A stretch of DNA of 60,000 nucleotides from Schmidtea polychroa (taxonomy: Eukaryota), in NCBI GenBank assembly GCA_044892525.1, contig CM097885.1, positions 14,386,001-14,446,000 of the forward strand, written 5' to 3'. The notes beneath the pieces were generated by a model. That model made no database searches. It was not told the origin of the DNA and worked only from the letters and a program-made list of their open reading frames with translations. A program made the translations under genes and the position numbers. Every line of letters starts with the position of its first letter. Positions within the stretch are counted from its first letter, which is position 1. This document shows positions 50,565 through 60,000 of the stretch, piece after piece.

Positions 50565-50895
50565 TAAATATTGATTTTCGAAAGTGTAAGGTGCAATTAT
50601 TGATTTTTAGTTAAATTTTTTATTAAGTGCACAGTGCAATTTTAAATATTGTTTTAGGTTTTCGAAAGTGCAATTATTGATTTTTAATAATTTTTTTTAT
50701 TAAATGCAGTGCAATTATTGATTTCTTAATGTAGATTTTTATTAAGGTACACAGTGCAATTATTGATTTTTAGTAAATTTTTATTAAGTGCAATTATTGA
50801 TTTTTAATAAATTTTTTTATTAAATGCAGTGCAATTATTGATTTTTAGTAAAATTTTTTATTAAGTGCACAGTGGAATTTTAAATATTGTTTTGG
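50565..50895. repeat. Degenerate minisatellite (GTGCAATTATTGATTTTTA core)
   Basis: Core repeated about 6-8 times. Confidence 0.85.
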
Positions 50896-51589
50896 GTTAT
50901 TCCTAATGTAAGATTTGATATTTTAGCCATGCATAATCATTTTTTACTCAAAAAATCAACCACCGAAATATCCAAAACGTTTTTCATTGGAATAGTAAAA
51001 ATTCACGGCATCCATTACAAATAGAGAATCAATAGCAAATATCATAGAAAAGCCTACACACACACACACATAGAGAGAGAGAGAGATGTACATGGTCAAT
51101 AATACGACAAAAACTCCAATATAAATAAGATAAAATCGCCCATAGTCACAAAACATTCAATAAAAATAAAAATTTATTTAAATAGGAACGAATTTTGAAA
51201 TGTCTGAGCTCGTTTTCTAAATGATAATTACCAATGAGATCTATTTATTCAGTAATCGACTTGCTTTTGCTGTATACAGAGTAGGCATAAATGATCATTT
51301 TCACAATGCAATGATTGCCGTAAGCTGTCGCAATGGGGATCTATTGCATCGGTTCGTGATGAGGAAATGGACAAATTCTAGATTGAACAATAATTCTTGT
51401 TGATAAGCAAATTTGGTAATAAATATCGATTAAATTAAATCTAACAGTGAACTTGAATCTATGATACTCATTAATACTCAAATTATCCTTGACAACAAAT
51501 TTATGACAGTTGCCAAGGGCGCCACTACATTTCTAATTTTAGCTAAATGTTTATTTTTAAATAGATAATTCACTCGATATTATCCTCGA

Positions 51590-52440
51590 TAATAAAAAAG
51601 CTAATAATTTAATTAATTATATTTAAATATATAAATCATTATAAAATATGCAATCAATTAATCAATTCTTAATTAATTAAATTGATTATCCAGAATATAT
51701 ATATGTATATATATATATATATATAAGGGAAAAATTGAAAAAGTCCGAAAGTTGAAATTAGCTAAGGACGTCGCAAATATTGATTTTATAGATTATACAA
51801 AAATCATTAAATTATTTTTTAATTAGCAAAATTGATTTTCTTAGTTTTCAAAATATAATTAGAAAAAATCGATTTTTTAATAGAATTTTTTTAGTTAGCA
51901 AAATTGATTTTTTTAGTTTTCCAAAAATAGATTTTTTAATGTGCAAAAATTATTAATTAAATTCATTATCCAGAATATATATAAGGGAAAAATTGAAAAA
52001 GTCACAAAGCTGGAATTAGCTAAGGGCGTCGAAAACGTCGCAAATATTGATTTTATAGAGTACAAAAATCATTAAATTAATTTTTTAATTAGCAAAATTG
52101 ATTTTTTTTAGTTTTCAAAATATAGTTAGCAAAATTGATTTTCTGTGTAAAAATTATTTTTAACTAGCAAAATTGAATTTTTTAGTTTTCAAAATAAAGT
52201 CAGCAAAAATTGATTTTTTTAATGTGCCTAAATAATATAAAAATATTTTCTTAGTTAGCAAAAATAGATTTTTAATGTGCAAAAAAAGCTAATAATTTAA
52301 TTAATTATATTTAAATATATAAACCATTATAAAATATATAATCAATTAATCAGTGTGCAAAAATAATTTTTTAGTTTGCAAAATTGATTTTTTAATGTGC
52401 AAAATGGAATTATTTAGTTTGCATTTAATTATGAGCAAAT
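51590..52440. repeat. Complex tandem repeat (TTAGCAAAATTGATTTTT core with ~260-bp higher-order duplication)
   Basis: Seen directly. Confidence 0.8.
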
Positions 52441-53058
52441 TATTTTTTTCTAACAATTGAAAAAGTGGCAAAGCTGAAATTAGTCAATTTGTGAAGGTTG
52501 CCGAAAATATAATTAGCGAATTGACCAACCTCCTTCAATAGCCGATCCAAGCAGCTGTCACAGTCACAATCAGTGGAATATCTGCCCAACCAAGACGAAG
52601 TGCTCCTATTTAGCGAATCTATGAATAAGGATTATGGTGAATATCAATATATTTGATTATGATTACCGGAATGGAGAGAAGCACTGAGAGAAACATTGCC
52701 AAGCGTCCCGTTGCCAGCCAACAGGTGGCCATTATAATCACTGATAGAATCATTCCAGTAGAAATCATCATCGTTATCATCACCATTCGTGTCAGAATCG
52801 AGCCTGGAATCTGATAATCCATCAATCAATCGCTCACAATCACCAAATGCATAACTACATACCGCTCAAGCTCTCATCGCAGGAATCCTCGATTATCCGC
52901 GTCCTAAATGCCAGTTAAACTCACGATTACAACAGGGTTATAATTAATCAATAAACCTTACACGATATCTAAATCGGAACAATCGGAACCATTCGAATAC
53001 TCATTGACAGATTCCGTATAAACTCCCCTATATATATTACCAATCAATCCACACTCGA

Positions 53059-53887
53059 TCAATAAATCAAAACTAACGATGAAGACGTTTTGTTAGTATT
53101 CTCGTGATTGGATAAGTTATGAGGCGATTGCATAGTGGATATATTAGAGATTTCTTTCTGTTTGTACTGGAAATTCGGGGAAGATTCCTCACATGTCTGA
53201 TTGTTACTGGTGTTTTCGTTAGATATGTCAGCTTCGTAACCGTTCTTATAATCTTTATTGTTTATAATATCGATAGAAATTGGAGATAAATAATAACCGG
53301 AAATATTATGTGAATTGCTGCAATCATTGATATCGGTAAGTCTACAGCTATAAAGAAATTTATGCAAATATTAATAATTTACTTTTCAACTGTCTTCAGA
53401 ACAACTTGGCTCAACTGTTTGACATCATACATGTCTAATTTTGAACTTTGCAATAAATTGAAAATTGATTTACTATAATCTTCTTTACGGTTATTTTCAT
53501 TTTTAAGAATTTCCATTAAATTACTATTACAACGGACTTTTAATTCGGAATAATCATCATCATTTGACATTCTATAAAGGTAAAAACTAATATATTATAA
53601 AATTTTAAATATCATTACTTTTTAACTGCGTTAAGAACAACTTCACTTAAGATTTTAACGTCAACCATATCTAACTTTGAATTTTCTAATAACATGCAAG
53701 TTGATTTAATGTAATTTTTTCTGTCGTCATTTTCAATTAATTTCTTATGGGAATAAAGTTGATATTCAGTATTTTTAATTATACAATTTTTATCCTTAAC
53801 ACTCATTTTCATGGCGTTATAATCTAAGTTTTTGGAACTATAAATCATAAATTACTAAAATTTTAAAAATTCATATTACTTATTCAT
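53059..53887 (-). CDS. Predicted 4-exon orphan gene (~233 aa) with two homologous exons
   Basis: Exons 53887-53880, 53837-53619, 53571-53383 and 53347(or 53341)-53059 are joined in frame by three phase-2 GT-AG introns of 42, 47 and 35/41 nt. Confidence 0.72.
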
Positions 53888-55008
53888 TTAATAATAGCAT
53901 ATAAATTTTAGAATTCTGTAAATGAAAATTCAAAGCAAATTTTATTAAACAAATTATTTAAACAAAAATTAAAATGAAATTTTAATTGCTTGCAGAATAA
54001 GAATAAATTAATTTTATAAATACCTATAAAAAATTACGGCAATATTTAGTAATTTTCATTTTTTCTTTTCTCTTATTTGAAAAACTGAATATTTATTGTT
54101 TCCAAATTCAATAAGAAAAAATTAGTAACATCGTATTTACTTTTCTTAGGATGATTAATATATTTCTTAGTCAAGATTAATGTTAAATTTTAATAAATTT
54201 CAATATAAAAATAATTCACGTATTAACAAACAATATGCCTTTTAATAGATTAGGATATTGAGTGTTGTTATAGTAACCATTTCAGCTCTGGCTGTTACGC
54301 TAATTATTTTCCACTGTAAGCAGCACGATTTTATCAGAAAAGTAACTATTATTAGATGAATCTTGCAGCAAAGGTCAGCACATTAAAATGGCTGCTGAGC
54401 CCCAGAATCCCAGAGTTTAGTGCTGATGTGTAAGGTCTCGAGTTATTGATATCGACTTATTTAAGTTTTCGCTCCATTATTAGACTAATCTACTTATAAT
54501 TTTCTAGAAGCCAACTTGTTGTATAGAATATAGACTAAATATTAATTTCATTTTTAATGATATGCTGCTTCACTTAGGATCCATGCCTCTTTTCTTTATC
54601 AGTTTAGACGAGAATTTCTGATTATAGTGCTCCTTTGTTATTATGTAATACAAACAGTAATGTTGAATATATCAACACTTGATGCATTGGTTCCATTTGT
54701 ATTGAACATTTTGATAACAAACCGTGGAGTCGTGTTTAAAACTATTGACGTTTATTGATAATTTGCCACGAAATGAGATAAATCCTGACCTTGCTCAAGC
54801 ATAATGATTTTTTGATGCCGCACATAGTTTTGATAATTATCTATGATTTTTTTTCACTTTCACTTTAATTTCCCCATATTAGATCAAAACTAGACAGCTT
54901 TAACCTTTGTACCTTTTATGAATTTTTTAGCTCTCCAATGTCGCTTATCTTTCTCATCGGCTATAGTTTTCTAATTGGATTATATTTGAGAGTTACAATT
55001 AAAAAAAA

Positions 55009-56027
55009 TGTTGGGTTATTGGGTTGGTGACAATATTTGAAAAGTTAAAATTCTTAATCTGACTCCAAGCGAGTCTTTGACTGATTCACAAATAACAATT
55101 GACAACAGAAATCTTTATTGATAATCACAAATAATGTTCACTTTACACTGACAATCAATTCAACACTCTGCTTGGTGATTATACAATGCTTATTGCAACA
55201 TTCAGAGAGAAACATCACTCGTGTATAACACAGGATTGAAAGATCACTAACTACTGATTTATTTATTGACTGGGACTTTGAGTTGGTTGTTTTCTTTGAC
55301 ATTCTTTGACAACTTTATTTAAATATTCAAATAACTTCTTTTTGTTTATTTCTCAACTAATTCTTTTCTGAAAATCTTCTCCAACAATTATTCTTCACAA
55401 TCATTCTTTAACAATTATTCTCCAACAAATCGTTTTCAAATAAATACTTGTCTCAATGACTTCTATAAATTACTTAAACAATTTCTCCGTTAGTTTTATC
55501 TCCTTTTCCGTAGACTCTTGCCTCGTTTTCCGTTTCGTTCTCCAATAAATTTTTGTCTGATATTTTGTCTGATGTTTTTGTCCATTTCTCGACCAACAGT
55601 TCCTCTTTATATAACCCGTTTCATTTGTAGCACTATAGATAATCAAATGCTTCCCATTTCTCTTCCTCCCGCTTTTCCAGACTGTTTCCATTTTATCTCT
55701 GACAGATGTCGAGATATGTTTTGCTTTTCCCCTTTTTTGTTAGGCCGACTTCACTCGACAATTCCGATATCTCTGACAATCTCAAGATATCCCTTTTTCA
55801 TCTTGTTCTGCCTTTTGGAATTTGAAATTCCTTTTCTCTTTTGTACTAATTAATTAATAATGAACTTTGTTTTGCTTTCTTGTTTGTTTTATTTTGTTTG
55901 GTTTCATTTTCTTATTTTCCTTTTCTTTTCACTTTTGTTCCCCTAAATCGTCCCGTTTGTCTTGACGATTTCCCCCCAGGTAATTTACTTATTTATTCTA
56001 TTATTTGATATTTGGGTATCCTCAACA
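55009..56027. mobile_element. Solo LTR (TGTTG..CAACA), TSD AAAA
   Basis: Inverted homologue of 23975-24991, with similar length. Confidence 0.87.
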
Positions 56028-57842
56028 AAAATAAGAAACTATCTATGTTTTTTAGGAAACTAACATTCTCGGCCGAAGCCATTTCATCGATGTCTCAGGC
56101 ATCTTCCTTCTACATTTGAGATAAAGTTATACCTCAGTTTCAAAAAAATTCTGAAATTATTGCGTTAAAGTCATTTTGACAAATTAAACCATATGTTTGC
56201 TTATATTCTCTCTAACAAAAATTTGAAAGGAACTAAAATGAAATTTTACTAATTTTAATTAAATTTAATTTTAGTTTAATTTTCGAATCACAACACCCGT
56301 AAAAAAATAAATATTGATAAAATGAAATAATAAATAAAGCAATATTTTAATTAATAAAATTTGTGATATTATTTAAAATAGGTAATGTTAAAAAGTTTGG
56401 ATCAGTCCTACAATGAATTTTACACCAGATTTTTATGAACCAGATTTTTTATGACTATCAGACTAACTCAAAATGAATTACAAAAATTTTTAATGAACTT
56501 TTATTTTATTAAAAATGAATATAATTGTGATATTTTTAGTATAGCTGTTAAAAAGTAAAATATTTAAGAGGTACGGTTAATGTAGCTTGGAGGTCCATGA
56601 ACAAAAATTGCAATTTATATAAAAAATATCCTTCTTCAAAAAATAGATTTCTTCAAGATTTTACTGTAAGTTTGCAAATAATTCTACGGATAATAGTAAA
56701 ATATTAGTCAGTGGCGTCTTGTACTCAAAAACTTTGTGAAAGCAATAAAAAAAATTCAAAAAAAATTTTTATTAATATAAAAACTCAATTCTTCCTGTTT
56801 TTCTACAAAATTCTTTAATTACTAAATCATAAAAATTGTCTTTAGTAGCCAAAAGTTCTTTTCAAAAAATATTAAAAATTTAAAATATGGAATTTCTCAA
56901 AATTGAAGTGCAAGGAAAATGGATATTACTGATATTACTGTAAACACAGTATTGAAAGAAACTAATTAAATAATTGAGAAAATAGTAACCAACCTTGACT
57001 GCTTTAAATTTTTTTGTTAATTTTATTTTTTAAATATTATCAATTTGGTATGAAAATTCATAAACAATTAATCGACATATAATCAAGCTTTATTCAAAAT
57101 TGTTATAAATTTCTAATAAAAATATAAAGTTAACATAATCAATTTAAAACGAAACATTTAAATTACAAAGCCACATTTAAAACTTAATTTTCTTTATAAT
57201 ATTCTGGAAGTTTAAGCTTAAAACCTTTGTGGTTTTGCTGATTATTAACATTCAATATTTTAATATCTTTTCATGACTGTTTAAATAATTAGAAAATTTT
57301 CGAGAAATTTAGTTTAATATATTTTGTATACAAACAATAATAAAAATATTAAAATTATTGAAATTCATATTTTTATTCATAATTATTATTTTCAAATTTT
57401 CAAAAGATTTTTCCAATATTTTGAATTCAGTTAAATAATTATTTTAAAAAGTCCGCGCGCTTCAAAGCCGGAAGTTACGATATTATCATCGTTGTGTAAA
57501 GATGGACAATTTCTTGACAATAAAAGTATTTTATTTTTATTGATAGTGTATTTTTATTAATTATTCAATTTTACTGATTCCGATTTAATTGATTATGTAA
57601 GAAATATATTTTTTTCCAAATATATCTTATTGCAAACCAAATATATTATAAATGACTTGTGGTTTTCTTAAAATATTTTCGTTAAGTTAGCTACTTAGTA
57701 TTTACTCAAGTAAAATTTTATTTTCTATTACTAAATATTTTTAAAAATTATTTAATTACATTGTTTTCTATGTAATAATGTATAAATGTAACGCTATTTA
57801 AAGATTTGAAATGAAAAATAATGAATTATTAGTAATTAATTA

Positions 57843-58080
57843 CTCCCTCTGTCCAAAAATGATAGTCCAGTTGCATTTTAGCCTTTTTACCAAAATGATT
57901 GTCAATAGAGAATATAAAAAATTGAACGGTTTTGTAAAACCTTTTACAGTAAAAACAAATTAAATTATTTTATTTTATTGATTGAACAAATAACAAAACT
58001 GCATTTTAAGTATCACTGTTACGTATAAAAGAAATTACGATTTAAAGTCAAACTGGACTATCATTTTTGGACAGAGGGAG
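57843..58080. mobile_element. Tc1/mariner-type MITE with Stowaway-like ends
   Basis: Perfect 30-bp TIR CTCCCTCTGTCCAAAAATGATAGTCCAGTT; TA TSD. Confidence 0.93.
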
Positions 58081-58459
58081 TATTATTTTTTATATTAAAG
58101 TTTTGATTATAAAAATAGTTTTTCAGAAGAGATTCAGAAGAGTTTTGGTTTATAACCCGCTAGGGCATAAAAATAACTTATTACCTAAAGCTGAAATTTA
58201 AACGTGTAAAAGGCAGTCATTTTGACGGGCCATAGCTACTATAAATAAGAATCATTTGATTTTTAAATAAAAATTGAATTACTCATTGAATAATTAAAAT
58301 TTATTATTATTTAATAAAATATTAAAATAAATTTTAATCGAACAATTCAAATTTAAAAATGATGGATCAATAAACATTTTGATGGAGAACATGATTATTA
58401 ACTCATCAAAATAAAAAAAATTAACATGACACTAAACAAGAAATTTTGGTACTGCATTT

Positions 58460-58813
58460 GGTACTTCCGTGTTATCTTACCCCCAAAAATTAAATTAAAA
58501 AAGAACACATAATTATTATATTTATTTTCTAAATCACAGTTACAAACTCAGCAAATGTTTGTAAATGGTCATCCAGGTGGCCAGAAAACCACAATGTCGT
58601 TGAGAATAGTGTCGAACACATCGGCACTGTTGCTTAGAACACGTTTGCGCCACATAAACTCACATAATCACATCAATCACAGATAGCCTTAATAAATTCA
58701 TGTTTAATAATGTTCAATAACGTCATCAATAATGTATTCTCTCATTTTTTATATTGTTATTTTAATTGTATTTTATAATTTAATTTTTGGGAGTAAGATA
58801 ACACGGAAGTACC
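58460..58813 (-). mobile_element. Non-autonomous Merlin (IS1595-like) element
   Basis: ~38-bp TIR GGTACTTCCGTGTTATCTTAC..; perfect 8-bp TSD CTGCATTT; internal remnant LCEFMWRKR..DVFDTILNDIVVFWPP. Confidence 0.9.
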
Positions 58814-59496
58814 CTGCATTTATGGTTTATGTATACATGTGTACTAAATTTATAATATTATATATTAGATAGTATATGTATAATTGCAGTATGGTGACAA
58901 CGTCCATAATATCAAAATACATTAATAAATTCTCCAAATTTTAGTTAGCATTTTGTTTTATTAACAAATATTGGGGAAGTCTTTTGAATGTAAAGTTATT
59001 ATTATTATGAATAGAAATAAAAATTTCAATAATTTAATAAATATATTATATTACTATGATTATATTACTATGGCCATAAATATGGTCATATATGGTAACA
59101 AATCATATGGAAGTAACATCAAATTGCTTTAGTAAAACATGTATATTTGAGTTACGTTGGACTAATTTATGAATATTAGTTAAAGGTCTTTAAAAGGGCT
59201 ATTACGCGCACAGAGATTATTATTATTATTATTAGTATTAATATAATAATTATTATTATATATAGAGAGATAGATATGTAGTTGCGTGCTCAATGTTAAT
59301 TACTTTGGGCAATTATTATTATTATTTTCAAAGTATTATAATTAGTATTATTTGTATTATTATTATATATAGTCAGAGTTTATCCGACAAGATATTTTGT
59401 TATCCTATGGATATTGCTCGCAATCGTACTGGTCACTCTTATTATTATTTTCTTCAAAGTTCATATTATTTACAACGAATTATTATTATTATTATT

Positions 59497-60000
59497 ATTG
59501 GGTTGGTGATAATATTTGTAAATTTAAATTTTTCACTCTGACTCCAAAGCGTGTTTTATTAATTCACAAATTAACAATCCCGAACAAGATAAACTTTTAT
59601 TAATATTCACAGTAGATCGTACAAGTTGCAATTACAACCAATTAACTCCAAATCAATGAATTACACAGAGCTTATTACGGCACTACGTGAAGAATAACCC
59701 TTCTCGTATAATTTTCTGTAACAGTAACAATAATCACTGGCCGTCAGCCAACTAAATCAGAGCGTACGTTTCCCGATTGTTCTTTTTACTTTGACCACAA
59801 CTTTATTCACTCCACTTCCACTTTTTATTCAATTTTACAAACGATTCTCGTCACTCCAAATCAATTGTTTATTATCAACTCGTTCTCTTCTGTCACTCTG
59901 GGTTCACTCAGTTTTAACACTGTTTTAATTCTCCTTTTAATTCTCTTTGAACTCTCTTGTTGGTTTTCCTATTCACTCTCGTTTTTCTTCTGTCTTCTGA
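59497..60000. repeat. LTR-family fragment running off the window end
   Basis: Similar to 15925-16410; preceded by (ATT)n. Confidence 0.78.

Noticed and set aside
50956..51420. Possible terminal exons of a host gene
   Set aside because: Could not build a consistent spliced frame or recognise a domain.
52619..52829. Short overlapping ORFs in a GC-richer patch
   Set aside because: No recognisable motif, and no supported splice link to the upstream orphan gene.

Overview
Very AT-rich, repeat-dense animal genomic DNA with 35-50 nt introns and long (ATT)n/(TA)n tracts. The composition suggests a triclad flatworm or similar invertebrate (inference only). From ~0.3 to 5.6 kb lies a decayed, internally deleted Maverick/Polinton (adintovirus-like) element: an AGTAGT terminus, a subterminal bZIP-site array, a packaging ATPase, small core/pX-like ORFs, and an integrase N-terminus joined to a minor capsid C-terminus. 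It also carries a frameshifted two-repeat TATA-binding-protein-like gene that is largely invisible in the ORF track. A protein-primed PolB remnant sits at 13.1-14.8 kb. Other elements are a full-length hAT transposon, a Gypsy LTR retrotransposon with AGTTA..TAACT LTRs, a Penelope fragment with minimal hammerhead motifs, many TG..CA solo LTRs with 4-bp TSDs, and hAT, Merlin, mariner-type and MULE-like MITEs. Host genes are two inverted histone H2B copies (one has lost its 3' stem-loop by a microhomology deletion), two convergent spliced ARF-like GTPases, a cluster of four selenocysteine tRNA (UCA) genes in inverted duplications (two canonical, one A37G variant, one decayed), and a 4-exon orphan gene with duplicated exons. 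All calls come from reading and manual translation; no searches were run.
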